DNA from: a virus
DNA: 64,000 nucleotides
Virus record (IMG/VR): IMGVR_UViG_3300042482_000679
Direction: 5' to 3' (one strand)
This document shows positions 40,154-50,984 of this stretch, in pieces. The stretch's first letter is position 1. Each line of letters opens with the position of its first letter. The notes under the pieces are model-generated. The model saw nothing but the letters and a program-made list of their open reading frames with translations, searched no databases and had not been told where the DNA came from. Position numbers and translations under genes: made by a program.

Positions 40154-41959
40154 TTATCTCAATTCTCTCAAGTCGAATGTTCTAACACCATCAACTGTGA
40201 TTCTACCATAGAATCTGTTGTTCACCATTTTCTTAGCGTATCTTGTCATAATACCTTTGATTGGTGTGAAGTTGAATGGGTTATACATTGTTGGTGTTAA
40301 TTGTAGAGGTACATACGGTGCGTAAATGTAACCTGTGTCAAGTAACGATGTTCCTTTATGTCCTAACAACACTTGGTTTGCTGGGAAGTAAGGGTCACGG
40401 TAAACTTGATATCTACCAGCCAATGTACCAACTCTCTCAATACCCATATTGTATTGGTCTTGCTCAGGAGCCGCATTTGATACGTGGAAGTATTCCAAGT
40501 CATCAAAGATAGCAGATACCTCAGAAGATACTACAATCCAGTTAGCTCCACCTCTTAAAGTAGATTTGTGGATTTGAGCTGAGATTTGGTTGATTGCTGT
40601 GATAAGAGTTTGGTTCCAGTCCTTTTGTGTGTAAGGAACTGCACTTGAACCTAATCTCTTCCATCCGTTGTAGTCCCAACGTAAGTTCCAAGCCGCACCT
40701 TTTCTAAGGTCTCTTAAGATTTCACGGTCGATTTCAGCCGCAACTTGCTCAGACAATAAAGCTGTTAATTCAGCTTCAGCGTCGATGTTGTGGAATGCCG
40801 CTACGTCTTGAGCCATTTCAGGTGACCATTGTGCTCTTAATTTTCTTTCTGTAACCGATACAGTCACTGACTGAAGGTCGAAAGAAACTTCACCGATTCT
40901 ATCTTCAAATTCAAGATTCTTGTAGATTCTATAAGTTGTAGAGAATGCTTGTGAAGCTGCTGACAATGAAGAGTAGAATGTTGAACCTGTGTAACCATCG
41001 ATTGAGTTAGCATCTCCACAAGAGATACAAACAGGAACCTGAAGGTCAACTTCCAAGTAGATTTTACCTTCTGCGTCACATACGTTGTAATATGTACCAC
41101 CGTCAGTTCTAGAGTTAGGGAACTCAAGAGTTACGTCTGAACCGTACTCAACAATACCTTTACCATATCTTTGAGTAACAACTCTGAATAAGTAGTTATT
41201 GTTTACGTTAGCAGCTGTTGTGTAGTTACCAGCCTTACCTCTAATAGTCAAGTCAGATAAGAATTCTTCAGTATCCATTGGTTGACCGTTAGGTCCGATT
41301 AATTGACCAGCACCTGCTGAAGCAAATCCTGTCATAACCAAAAGAACTTTTCTGTAGTTATCTAAACCATAACCTGAAGCAACTAACTCATCACCAACCC
41401 ATACTACAGTAGAGTTACCAGCTGTGATTGACGAGAAGCTACCTTTTGAGTAGTCGTAAAGACCTGGAGGGTCAAGAGCTGGTTCGTTACCTTCGTAGAA
41501 TCTATCGTAAAGGTCTTTAGTTGCGTTGTAATCATAACCACTATTTGGTTGTTGGTTAGCAGCCGCGTTAGGTGAACCATAAGGTGCCCAGTGTTCACCA
41601 AATGTTGATGTTTCAGTTTCGTAAGACTGAATGTTAGGTACGAAGTAGAACAATTTACCGATAGGAAGGTTCATAGCTTGTACTGAAACGATGTCGTTAG
41701 CCAAAAGTTTAGAGAAAACTCTTCTTACGATTGGGAAAACAACTGTTTCAAATGAACCTGAGTCAGCAGTTGATGCAGCTTCGTTAATGAGATATGATGC
41801 TTGGTTTTCATATAACTGAGCAACGTTCTCTTTTAGGTGGCCTTTAAGACCTTCAAGGAACCCTAATTTGTCCCATTTGTTGATTGTATCTTCTTTGATA
41901 ACTTTAAGGTGCTTAAGACCAATGTTACCAACAAGACCTGATTCTAATAATGCTCCCAT
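40154..41959 (-). CDS. Major capsid protein (T4 gp23-like)
   Basis: PIVRRVF..LLANDIVSVQAM, RKLRAQWSPE.AQD, AAEIDREI, YAPYVPL, GIMTRY. Confidence 0.97.
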   Translation of the reverse strand: MGALLESGLVGNIGLKHLKVIKEDTINKWDKLGFLEGLKGHLKENVAQLYENQASYLINEAASTADSGSFETVVFPIVRRVFSKLLANDIVSVQAMNLPIGKLFYFVPNIQSYETETSTFGEHWAPYGSPNAAANQQPNSGYDYNATKDLYDRFYEGNEPALDPPGLYDYSKGSFSSITAGNSTVVWVGDELVASGYGLDNYRKVLLVMTGFASAGAGQLIGPNGQPMDTEEFLSDLTIRGKAGNYTTAANVNNNYLFRVVTQRYGKGIVEYGSDVTLEFPNSRTDGGTYYNVCDAEGKIYLEVDLQVPVCISCGDANSIDGYTGSTFYSSLSAASQAFSTTYRIYKNLEFEDRIGEVSFDLQSVTVSVTERKLRAQWSPEMAQDVAAFHNIDAEAELTALLSEQVAAEIDREILRDLRKGAAWNLRWDYNGWKRLGSSAVPYTQKDWNQTLITAINQISAQIHKSTLRGGANWIVVSSEVSAIFDDLEYFHVSNAAPEQDQYNMGIERVGTLAGRYQVYRDPYFPANQVLLGHKGTSLLDTGYIYAPYVPLQLTPTMYNPFNFTPIKGIMTRYAKKMVNNRFYGRITVDGVRTFDLRELR

Positions 41960-41997
41960 TTTAGTATTTGGATTTTGTTTTTAGTTTATTTTTATTT

Positions 41998-43506
41998 TTA
42001 CATCTTCGCCATCAAATCTTTAATTCTTAAGAATTGTGGATTTTCGTATGTCTTAGATTCAATTAGACTTGTTGAAGAGCCTGAGCTCATTTGGTTGTTA
42101 AGTTTAGTTTCAACACTTTCGTTGATACTCTTACCCTCAACTTTACTCAATTCATCTTTAACAGTCTTGTAGAGTTGTTTTGATTCTTTTAGTGATTCAA
42201 CAGAATCAAATCTTCTCAAGATATTTATTTTTTCTTTCTTGGTAGTAGAATGTTCCGTGAACAATCTTGTAGCGTAAGCTAGGTTAGAATTAAAAACCGC
42301 AACTTCATTAAGTTTTTCTCTGAAAACATTCAATGCTTTTCTATACTCTTCGTTTTTCTCTCTAAGTACATTCATTTCAGTTTCAACAGATTCATAAGTA
42401 TAGTTACGATTGTTTGTAATTCCTTTTCTTAAACCTCTACCTTCTTTTGAACCCATACCATAAGTTCTAGCAGCTTCTTTGGTTTCTTCTTTTTTCTTAC
42501 GAGTTTCGAAGTGAGCATCATCTCTACGAGACTTAGTTGACTTAAGGTCTTTCTTAGCAATTTTACCGTGCTTCATACCTTCTCTTTCGTCTTCCTTGTC
42601 ATCGTATCCTTGACCCTCTTTAAACTCAAATTTTGCTTTACCAGTACCCATAGTTTTAGGTCCTTCTTTCTTGTCGTCAGAGAATCCTTTTTTAGGTAAT
42701 GAACTACCGTATTTAAATTTAGGATTTCCCATTCCAACGCCTTTAGGTTTAACAGTCATTTTAGCTTCCTCAAGGTTGTAACCTTCATTGTCTTCATCTT
42801 CTTCATACATTTCAGACATATCCATATCGTCCATTTCAGACATATCCATATCTTCTTCATCCATAACAATTTCATAGACTACTTCATCTTCTTCATCTAC
42901 TTCTTCTTGTTCGTTATAAAGTGCGTCTAAAACTGCATCCAAATCAGAATCTTCAACATCCTGTTCCATCATTTCATCTTCTTCACCAATTCCGTCAAAT
43001 CCGAAATAATCTTCTTCTTCATCGTATTGTTCGTCAAGTTCTTCGTCTTCTTCTTGTTCATTCATTTTAACAAGATACTCAACGTCATCACCGCTGTCTT
43101 TGATTGAGATTTCATCACCGTCTTTTTGAACAATGATTCCATCCTCATCAGACATACGTTTAAAGATTGTTAAGATGTCTTCTGCTGAAGCGTTAGTAAG
43201 GTCAATAGTTTCTTCGTCATCTTCAAACTCCATTTCGTCTTCGTCACCGAATTCCATTTCGTCTTCAGATTCTTCAGAATCCATATCCTCAAGGTTATCA
43301 GCTTCATCTTCCACTTCATCAGTGTCAAACTCCGCATCTAATTCAATCTCCTCATCTTCTTGCTCGTTGAGAGATTCTTTTACTAACTGACTGATTTCTT
43401 CCTTCATAGTTGAAGCAAGTATTCCTTTTGCGTTTTCGGCTATAACGTCTTCGACGTTTTTCATTTGAATTAAAGCCTCTTGAACCAAATTTTTATTTTC
43501 GGACAT
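41998..43506 (-). CDS. Prohead core scaffold protein
   Basis: Very acidic with C-terminal coiled coil, immediately upstream of the capsid gene; many LxE sites. Confidence 0.75.
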   Translation of the reverse strand: MSENKNLVQEALIQMKNVEDVIAENAKGILASTMKEEISQLVKESLNEQEDEEIELDAEFDTDEVEDEADNLEDMDSEESEDEMEFGDEDEMEFEDDEETIDLTNASAEDILTIFKRMSDEDGIIVQKDGDEISIKDSGDDVEYLVKMNEQEEDEELDEQYDEEEDYFGFDGIGEEDEMMEQDVEDSDLDAVLDALYNEQEEVDEEDEVVYEIVMDEEDMDMSEMDDMDMSEMYEEDEDNEGYNLEEAKMTVKPKGVGMGNPKFKYGSSLPKKGFSDDKKEGPKTMGTGKAKFEFKEGQGYDDKEDEREGMKHGKIAKKDLKSTKSRRDDAHFETRKKKEETKEAARTYGMGSKEGRGLRKGITNNRNYTYESVETEMNVLREKNEEYRKALNVFREKLNEVAVFNSNLAYATRLFTEHSTTKKEKINILRRFDSVESLKESKQLYKTVKDELSKVEGKSINESVETKLNNQMSSGSSTSLIESKTYENPQFLRIKDLMAKM

Positions 43507-43576
43507 ATATTTTTTTACTATAAATACTGCAATAAAACAAAAAATTTAATTTTTGTCCCATTAAAGAATTTAAAGC

Positions 43577-43615
43577 AAAAAAAAAGTGGTCGATTTGACC
43601 ACTTTATTTTTTTTT
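43577..43615. terminator. Bidirectional intrinsic terminator
   Basis: AAAGTGGTC-GATTT-GACCACTTT flanked by A and T runs. Confidence 0.85.
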
Positions 43616-43619
43616 GTTT

Positions 43620-43829
43620 TTAATCTATTACTTCGTCTATTTTACTTTCAGATACTGAAACGATTCTCCAATCGTGTTGAAAGCCTTGGTATTTCCCTGT
43701 TACTTTAGCTTCGACATCTGTAACTGAAAATCCCCTCACTAATTTCTCTTCTCTAATTTTTTTAATTCTTCCTGAGTTTTCATCGGGGAGTTCATAAACG
43801 ATTTTTGCAACAAAATATTTTTCATCCAT
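43620..43829 (-). CDS. DUF4494-like small protein
   Basis: YFVAKIVY...KKIREEKLV..FSVTDVEAK pattern, a Bacteroidota-type family. Confidence 0.6.
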   Translation of the reverse strand: MDEKYFVAKIVYELPDENSGRIKKIREEKLVRGFSVTDVEAKVTGKYQGFQHDWRIVSVSESKIDEVID

Positions 43830-43842
43830 AATTGTAAGTTTT

Positions 43843-44556
43843 TTATCTTGTTAAATAATCGTTTAATTTTTTCATTAAGTCAACAGACTTACCCAAAGAA
43901 TCTGAGTCTTTCATCTTTCTTTCTTCTTCTAAGTTTTCTTCGTAGTTATTTCTATCTTCAGGATTACTGAATAAGTAAGCACCTGGTGTAGATGGTGAAG
44001 ATACCAAGTCAAAACAAATTAATTCAAAATCGTCTTGAACTTCATTTTGTTCACCAACTTTTTTAAGAGAGCCGACACCACGAGATGAAACACCCATAGT
44101 AACACCTTGTCTCATTAGATTGGCAGCAATATCTCCTTTTGTAGATACGATACCTCTTTCGTGGAAACCTGGTGATGTCAATAATTTTAGCTTACCCATC
44201 AAAATATTATTGTCCCACCATATATCAGTAATAATATGCGCAACTCTATCTAAATCGATAAGTGATGATTCAGGGTGATTTAATTCAGATGTTGATAAAC
44301 CTTTCTTAATTGCTGTCTTATATCTCTCAGCTTCTCTTTTTAAAATCCTTTCAGGATAAACTCTACCATTTCTATTTGGTACACCATATTTTTGTAAAAC
44401 GGCGTAAAACTCAAAAGGATTTCTATAATCAAGTTCTTTTTGTTCCCTCATTATAGCTTCATTGAGACGGTCAGTTGGGGAGATATATCCCGCATCCATT
44501 TCAATAAGAATTCCTTTTCCTGTTTGGCCTGCTCCAAGTACTGAATAATTTTTCAT
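43843..44556 (-). CDS. Prohead core protease (T4 gp21-like)
   Basis: NRNGRVYP, ELNHP, GVSSRGVGS, DLVSSPSTPGA. Confidence 0.95.
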   Translation of the reverse strand: MKNYSVLGAGQTGKGILIEMDAGYISPTDRLNEAIMREQKELDYRNPFEFYAVLQKYGVPNRNGRVYPERILKREAERYKTAIKKGLSTSELNHPESSLIDLDRVAHIITDIWWDNNILMGKLKLLTSPGFHERGIVSTKGDIAANLMRQGVTMGVSSRGVGSLKKVGEQNEVQDDFELICFDLVSSPSTPGAYLFSNPEDRNNYEENLEEERKMKDSDSLGKSVDLMKKLNDYLTR

Positions 44557-44581
44557 CTATTCTTTTTCAAATAAATATACA

Positions 44582-45034
44582 TTAATAGATTGTTTGGAGT
44601 AAATCTGAGTTTTTGGTGGAGGAAAAGTTAAAATGATTGTTGTTTAAAATGTTATCCTTATAGACTCTTTTAAGGATTTTTTTGACTGAATCTTTAATTT
44701 CATTACATTTGAAATCACCGTCTTGTTTGGTGAAAAGATTTATTTCAAGATTCATAAATGATTTTTTATTGTATCTAATACCACTTGTTCGTAAGTCTAA
44801 ATCTACAATAAAATGTTGTTTGAATAATTCTGTGTTTATTGAATGTAAAACTGAATGTTTTACCTCTCTTGACATAATGGACACTATCCTATTCCAATTA
44901 TCATCTTCATTTATTGGGGTTACCCAAGTTTGAATATTCAAATAAATTGATTTTAGTTCTTTAGCGTCAACTGTCCCGTAAAAGCTTTTAATACTGTCGT
45001 ATTGATTTAGAGTAATTGTTTTGCCCTTCTTCAT
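44582..45034 (-). CDS. Hypothetical protein
   Basis: ORF; ATG of MKKGK chosen as start. Confidence 0.7.
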   Translation of the reverse strand: MKKGKTITLNQYDSIKSFYGTVDAKELKSIYLNIQTWVTPINEDDNWNRIVSIMSREVKHSVLHSINTELFKQHFIVDLDLRTSGIRYNKKSFMNLEINLFTKQDGDFKCNEIKDSVKKILKRVYKDNILNNNHFNFSSTKNSDLLQTIY

Positions 45035-45115
45035 TAAGGTCAACTATTATTGTCTCGTTTATTTTTTTAAAATATACTAAAAAATTATCAACAAAACAAA
45101 TATATTTAATATTGT

Positions 45116-45301
45116 ATGTTAATAGTAAAAGTAGACTCAAATATTGAAAAGGCACTAAAGACTTTGAAATCCAAAGTTATTAGAACAAAACAAATGCAAA
45201 GATTAGTTGAATTGAAAGAATTTAAAAAGAAATCTGTAGTTAAGAGAAGTCAGAAAGAATCTGCAAAACACAAACAATATCTTAGGACTCTTGGTGAATA
45301 G
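45116..45301 (+). CDS. rpsU: Phage-encoded ribosomal protein bS21
   Basis: MLIVKV..NIEKALK.LKSK...EF.K.SVVKR; position between protease and portal genes. Confidence 0.85.
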   Translation: MLIVKVDSNIEKALKTLKSKVIRTKQMQRLVELKEFKKKSVVKRSQKESAKHKQYLRTLGE

Positions 45302-45989
45302 AATCCTTTAATTGTTTTAATCTGATATAATTCATTAAATCAAAATTTTCAGATTTAATCTTTTCAATAGTTTCATTTAACTTAGTCTTCATATCTTTTT
45401 CAGATTCTTTTTCTGAAATGACAACTAGTCTCTCTATTGTAGATTCTTTAATTGTTTGGAATTCTTTTTCTAAATCATCTTTAGATGTTGCCATTAAATG
45501 AAAGACTTCTACTTTTGTAGATTCGTCTAATGTTTCCAAATATGATTGAACTGTTTGATTGGCAATATTGACCATAGACTTTAATGGAATTTTTACAGTT
45601 TCACTCACGTTAGTTTTGTTCTTCATTAAAGTTTCTATGATACGTTTTTTGGACAATACTCTTTCAGATAGATTTACGTTTTTGAAATAAACTAAATTAT
45701 CCAAATCTGAATATACGTTTTCAGATACCCCAACCCCATTTGGTAACTGAGTTTTGGTAACCAAATGTCTAACAATCTCAATACCTTCATTTAAGAATAA
45801 CTCAGCATCTTCTTTAGATAATCCTTGTGGTTTATAAAGGTCATCGTAGATAGAATATAATTTTGAAAATGATTTATTTTCAAGAATATTGTGTTTGAAT
45901 TCTCTTAAAGTTTTTTTAAAGTCTGATTGGTTCTTGTAGGATTCTACAAGACTCTTTTCAATTGCCGATTTTATTTGTCCAAATGTCAT
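45282..45989 (-). CDS. Hypothetical protein (head module)
   Basis: 235-aa helical ORF with TATTTATA upstream. Confidence 0.7.
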   Translation of the reverse strand: MTFGQIKSAIEKSLVESYKNQSDFKKTLREFKHNILENKSFSKLYSIYDDLYKPQGLSKEDAELFLNEGIEIVRHLVTKTQLPNGVGVSENVYSDLDNLVYFKNVNLSERVLSKKRIIETLMKNKTNVSETVKIPLKSMVNIANQTVQSYLETLDESTKVEVFHLMATSKDDLEKEFQTIKESTIERLVVISEKESEKDMKTKLNETIEKIKSENFDLMNYIRLKQLKDSIHQES

Positions 45990-46012
45990 TTTTAGGGGTT
46001 TTCATATAAATA

Positions 46013-47875
46013 TTACGAATTCAGCAACTTATCAAGTTCTTCACCCATTTTTCCTAAACTTTGTTGTCCAACACCTAAATCTAAAAATTTGTTACCATAC
46101 ATATCACTCTCTAAAAGGATATTCATATCTCTATCCATTTTGGATTCTGGCGCTAACTCTGGCGCGCCAGCTTCAGGTGCCGGTGGTGGAGGAACCTCTC
46201 CACCCGCTTCTGGCGCGGTCTCAAAACCACCGCCTCCACCTGCGAATATATCTTCACCTGGAGGTGGCGTTGTAGTCTCGCCTGCGGGTTCTTGACCTGT
46301 TGCTGGTAGATTACCTTGTTTGTTACCATAAAGTTTATCAATTGTATCAAAGATACCTGTTTTAGAAATAACTGTTGGTGTATTTTTAAGCTCTTCACCC
46401 ACAGCCTTTTCAAGTCTTTGTTGTAGTAGGTCAACTCTAATTTCTTCATCAGACCATTGGAATATATGTTTTTTGGCCCAAGTTGATGAGGTTGGTTGAA
46501 TACCATTTCCTGGGTCAGTAACCATATCTTTATACAATAACATTTTTTCTTTCCAAATGTCAATCTTAAGAAGGTCTGCTTGTGTTGATGGGTTTGTTAA
46601 TCCCAATTCAAAATTAGATATCTCTTCTTCAAAACCTAAAAGGAACAAGTGAATAATTGCAATTTTATTCATTTCTTGAACCATAGATTTTTGAATTCTA
46701 TTAATGGTTCTTGCAAATCTGATATCCATCAGTGCCAAGCTTTTACCATCACCTACGGTTTCTTCAAATCCTAAAAATGCTTTTGGTATACGAAGTGCTG
46801 TAACAAGTTTCTTTTGAATATATTCAATATCTGCAATTTCAGATAAGTTCTGTGCACCAGGTAATGTGTCAATTGGACTTGGCGCTGCAGGGTCTCTTAC
46901 AGGAATAAAATAATCTTGGTCAACCGCCATTTGGTTAAATCTCATATCTACGTTACCTGTTTTAGAATCAACAATTTGTTCTCTTTTAAACTTGTTGGCA
47001 ACACGTTGTACGTAAGCCTCAACATCATCGTCGTTCATATTTCCGACATATACTTTGAAGACCCTACGTTCAGGGGCTCTTGAAGTACGGTATATCAACA
47101 TCGCGTCCTCCGATAATAGAAGTTGTTTCCAAATTCTACGGGACTTTTCCAACATAGATGTACCATACGGCAATTTACGGTCATCACCCAATAATCTAAA
47201 GTGAGCAATTTCCCAAGGTTGGAATTCCATATTCTTTTCTTTCCAATAGAATTTCAATCCTTTATTTTTAGTGTAATCGTTACCTATGTTTGGAGATACT
47301 GAACCATCCATAAGTCCACTTTCAACCCTTTCAACTTCAATGTTTGGTAACTGAACACAACCAACAACACCCTTTTCAGGGTCCAATCTTAGATAAACAA
47401 AATTGTCACCATACTTACAAGTGTTTCTAGTCCACATAGGTAAGTTAGTGTTAATATCTAAGTTATTATTGAATAAATCCGCTAATACAGATTTAATCCT
47501 TTTTGATTCTGAATAAATCTGTAATACAAAACCATCTTCATTAGGTGTTGTAGATTCTTCAGCGTAAATGTCTAAGGCTGCAGAAATTTCTGGAGTATAC
47601 TCCATAGACTCATAGTCATAATAAGATGATAATCTATTTGGTTGGTAGTATACTGCTTGAGTGTATAAATTATTCTCTACCTTAGCAAATTGTCCTGCCA
47701 AGTAAGCGGTTTGTCTTGCTTGGAGTTTTTCCTTTTCATATTCGGCTTTATCGGTAGTTCTTAAAAGTTCTTTTTTATCAAACTTAAATACAGGAAAATC
47801 CTGATTCATTAACGCGTCAGGACCTAAGGCTCTACCTAATCTTTGCCAAACTGTAAATTGCTTATTTTCTGCCAT
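46013..47875 (-). CDS. Portal protein (T4 gp20-like)
   Basis: PEISAALD, QLLLSEDAMLIYR.SRAPERRVF, DYFIP, IDTLPG, ALRIP. Confidence 0.95.
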   Translation of the reverse strand: MAENKQFTVWQRLGRALGPDALMNQDFPVFKFDKKELLRTTDKAEYEKEKLQARQTAYLAGQFAKVENNLYTQAVYYQPNRLSSYYDYESMEYTPEISAALDIYAEESTTPNEDGFVLQIYSESKRIKSVLADLFNNNLDINTNLPMWTRNTCKYGDNFVYLRLDPEKGVVGCVQLPNIEVERVESGLMDGSVSPNIGNDYTKNKGLKFYWKEKNMEFQPWEIAHFRLLGDDRKLPYGTSMLEKSRRIWKQLLLSEDAMLIYRTSRAPERRVFKVYVGNMNDDDVEAYVQRVANKFKREQIVDSKTGNVDMRFNQMAVDQDYFIPVRDPAAPSPIDTLPGAQNLSEIADIEYIQKKLVTALRIPKAFLGFEETVGDGKSLALMDIRFARTINRIQKSMVQEMNKIAIIHLFLLGFEEEISNFELGLTNPSTQADLLKIDIWKEKMLLYKDMVTDPGNGIQPTSSTWAKKHIFQWSDEEIRVDLLQQRLEKAVGEELKNTPTVISKTGIFDTIDKLYGNKQGNLPATGQEPAGETTTPPPGEDIFAGGGGGFETAPEAGGEVPPPPAPEAGAPELAPESKMDRDMNILLESDMYGNKFLDLGVGQQSLGKMGEELDKLLNS

Positions 47876-47913
47876 ACTCTATAAAATTATTCAAACTAGT
47901 CTGAATATAAATA

Positions 47914-49680
47914 CTATCGAGAACCAAACAGCCATTTATATTTCTCATAATCATTTTTAGAGGGTTCATAATTCCTACTATGTTGTTGTTGATTCGGAAA
48001 TTGTGGTATTGACGGATTAAAATATTGTGAACTATCTTTATGTTCATTTACAGTTGTGGACCAAGAATCAATCATTGCTTTAGTGTGATTAACCACCTTA
48101 GTCAATGAAGGGAACGCCGCTTCAGCAGCATACAACGCCATTGAAATTGACATAATACAATCATCGTGATGTCCTCTTTGGTGGTCAGGTCTACCATTTA
48201 TGTATACAAATGTTCCCATTTCACCTAATAATCTACTTGACCTGACTTTAAAGTCGTGTCTAATTGCCTCCTCAAATGATGCAATGATTTGAACTCTTTT
48301 TGAATTAAAATTAATACCAGGTATTTTTTCATTTTGTTTAGGGTCATATTTCCATTTGTTGGTTAAGTCAACACCATCATAATAGAAATTTTTATACCCT
48401 AATTCTTGTAATCTTCTTGATGTCGCAACACCCATACCCCCCGTTAAGTCAACAATACATAAAGCATTATACATTGTTCCCCACTTGTACGCAATCTCTG
48501 CTAATACATCGGGTGGTATTTTACCAACAAATTCTAAAACCTGTTCTCTTGAGTCAAAATCAATGATTTCAATACACGAGAAGTCTTCTGAATCTCCCCT
48601 TGATACATCAACACCCATCACATATTTGTGATTATTTTCAGGTTCTTTCCATATCCAAAGTTGGTTACCCATTAATTTGGCTGTTGGTTCTTTTACATCA
48701 TTCTCAGAAATTTTTTGGGTTAATAAAGAATCAAATACGTTATCACCTGAACCCAAGAAATTACATTCCAATTCCTGAGCAACTTTTCGTTTGTCGTACT
48801 TGAGTTTTTTAACCATACTCTCAAACCAACTTGAACAAGGTTTATATCCTTGTTCCATATATGTTTGAATTAGTTCAATATCTCTGTCGTATGGATTTTC
48901 ATCGGGTAATTGTCTTACAACGTCTTTGGGGTATTCTTCCTTATTTAACAAATAATGAACAATATCCTCACATTTAACCATATACAAATCTTTGGTATAA
49001 CGAGGGTCACGGAACCAATACATTGGCGTGATTTTGAAGTCGTTCATACCTCTTTGTGCTTGGTCGTAAATTTCGTAGTAAATCGGGTCGTATCCGTTAG
49101 GTGTTGATATTACAACAACTTTACCACCCGTAGATAGTGAGGCCATACAAGCCGCCCAGAAATCACTGTCAGCTTCAATAAACGCCGCCTCGTCAAATAT
49201 TAATATCGTGGGGGTATAACCACGTAAGGCATCTTTAGATGTGGCAACCGCCTTAACTTCACATCCATTAGTTAATTTAAAGTGTCTGGCAGAGTTTTTT
49301 TCACCTGAGAACCCAATACCAACCCAGTTCGGCCATTGTTCCGTAAAAGCTCTAATTTTATTAGCAAATTCTACAGATGTTTCTAATTTATTGGCAATAA
49401 TAAGAATCTTTTCAGGTTTTTCTTTTCGAGCAAACGCTAATCGTTTACTTGCCCAACCTGCAGTAACCGTAGATACACCCGCCTGACGATACTTCAATGC
49501 AATGTTTTCATTATACATTTCGTAATCGTTAACAAGTGTTACTTGGTCTTTAAATAATTCTAAGGGAACATACTTTGATACTGTGTTATCGTATGTTTGT
49601 AGATATGTTTTAAGAGCATAAGGAGTGCTTTTCATACACTTCTTATACTCTATTAAAACTTGTTCTTTTGTTAAACTCAT
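47914..49680 (-). CDS. Terminase large subunit (T4 gp17-like)
   Basis: KYRQAGVST, IFDEAAF, ISTPNG, QELEC.F, GVDVSRG..EDFS, HDDCIM. Confidence 0.95.
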   Translation of the reverse strand: MSLTKEQVLIEYKKCMKSTPYALKTYLQTYDNTVSKYVPLELFKDQVTLVNDYEMYNENIALKYRQAGVSTVTAGWASKRLAFARKEKPEKILIIANKLETSVEFANKIRAFTEQWPNWVGIGFSGEKNSARHFKLTNGCEVKAVATSKDALRGYTPTILIFDEAAFIEADSDFWAACMASLSTGGKVVVISTPNGYDPIYYEIYDQAQRGMNDFKITPMYWFRDPRYTKDLYMVKCEDIVHYLLNKEEYPKDVVRQLPDENPYDRDIELIQTYMEQGYKPCSSWFESMVKKLKYDKRKVAQELECNFLGSGDNVFDSLLTQKISENDVKEPTAKLMGNQLWIWKEPENNHKYVMGVDVSRGDSEDFSCIEIIDFDSREQVLEFVGKIPPDVLAEIAYKWGTMYNALCIVDLTGGMGVATSRRLQELGYKNFYYDGVDLTNKWKYDPKQNEKIPGINFNSKRVQIIASFEEAIRHDFKVRSSRLLGEMGTFVYINGRPDHQRGHHDDCIMSISMALYAAEAAFPSLTKVVNHTKAMIDSWSTTVNEHKDSSQYFNPSIPQFPNQQQHSRNYEPSKNDYEKYKWLFGSR

Positions 49681-50984
49681 TATTTAGGACGGCTTAAGCC
49701 AAGTCCTGCTAAGAAATCATCAAAATCATCATCGTCATTGTCATCTGAACCACCATCTTCATTTTCATCGTAACTTTCGTATTCTTCTTTTACTTTGAAG
49801 GCAGTGTTCATCAAATCACGGAATTTATCAGTGGCTTTCTTATTTCTGTCTTTATCCTCTGAAATTACATCTCCAATAAGTCTAAGGAATTCGTCAGCAG
49901 GAAGTTTGTAAAGTTCCATTTGGAACCAGTTTATGATACCTTTATTCTCCTCCTCAAATACTTCATCAGGGAGTGAAAATCTTATCTTTTCAATAACTTG
50001 AGGACCAATTCTTAATGACCACGCCTCCATAGGAAGTGTATCAGTTTGACCCAAAACTTTTTCTCTCATAACAGGGTCTTGTGGTAATCCATAACGACCT
50101 TTAGCTTCTTCAAGACCTTTTAAAATTTCGTGACAAAGGATTGGGAATAACATACCCCAAGCCGAGATTGTAGTATCAGGTTTTTCTTCACCACCTTCAT
50201 CTCCACCACCATCATCATCACTATTATCTTGTAATTCAACTTTTCCACCAACACCTTGTCCTGTTTGACTCATCATTTCGATAGCTCTTTCATCTGTAAA
50301 GTAGTTAAAGTCATTTACAGACATAATTAACAAATATGCATCGTATAGTTGTGGGTTGATAGCGTTAAGTGCTCTTCTTACAGATGGTTTTTGGAAAATA
50401 TAGTGACCTTTTTTAGCCGCCCCTTGAATAACAGCATTGATGATGTTTCTTTTGTGAGTTTCAAGTTCAAGTAATTCTTCATCAGTCATTACATCTGCAT
50501 CGAAAGAAGACATTTCTAATTTTTGCTCAATTTCTTCTTCAACCTCATCATCAATTTCTTCGGCCTCCATACGGAAGTTATTCACATTGATTTGTTCACC
50601 TAAGTGTAAATCGAAGTTAAACCAATCCATTGGCATTTCAGACTCCTCAAGACACGCTTGTAGGGCTAAGTTTTTTAACTCATCAATATGTTGTTGTTCT
50701 ATTCTCCAAACTTGAGGAACCATTCTAAATGACTCTGCTTGTAACATTTGAAATAAGTTACGTGGAGTTACCAAAGTATCTTTACCTGTAACTGTACGTA
50801 ATTTATCAACAACTTGTTTAAAACGGTTAGTAACGAGTTTTTGAACGTCTTTTTCAGAACGTCTTAATGCAGGATTTTTTGCATATGGACTTTCAGGGTC
50901 ACCAAGTTTTCTTTCAAGACTTGGGTCCATTCTTTCAGGGTAATTCCCATAATCAATCTGTTCTTTAATTCTCTTATTTGCCAT
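49680..50984 (-). CDS. Hypothetical acidic protein
   Basis: 434-aa ORF translationally coupled to terminase. Confidence 0.7.
   Translation of the reverse strand: MANKRIKEQIDYGNYPERMDPSLERKLGDPESPYAKNPALRRSEKDVQKLVTNRFKQVVDKLRTVTGKDTLVTPRNLFQMLQAESFRMVPQVWRIEQQHIDELKNLALQACLEESEMPMDWFNFDLHLGEQINVNNFRMEAEEIDDEVEEEIEQKLEMSSFDADVMTDEELLELETHKRNIINAVIQGAAKKGHYIFQKPSVRRALNAINPQLYDAYLLIMSVNDFNYFTDERAIEMMSQTGQGVGGKVELQDNSDDDGGGDEGGEEKPDTTISAWGMLFPILCHEILKGLEEAKGRYGLPQDPVMREKVLGQTDTLPMEAWSLRIGPQVIEKIRFSLPDEVFEEENKGIINWFQMELYKLPADEFLRLIGDVISEDKDRNKKATDKFRDLMNTAFKVKEEYESYDENEDGGSDDNDDDDFDDFLAGLGLSRPK

Noticed and set aside
43519-43526. TATAAATA on the plus strand as a canonical T4 late promoter
   Set aside because: Consistently oriented opposite to the adjacent genes; the sense-strand motif is TATTTAT.
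47914-49680. Intein or intron in terminase, portal or capsid genes
   Set aside because: ORFs are continuous, with no splicing or homing-endonuclease motifs seen.
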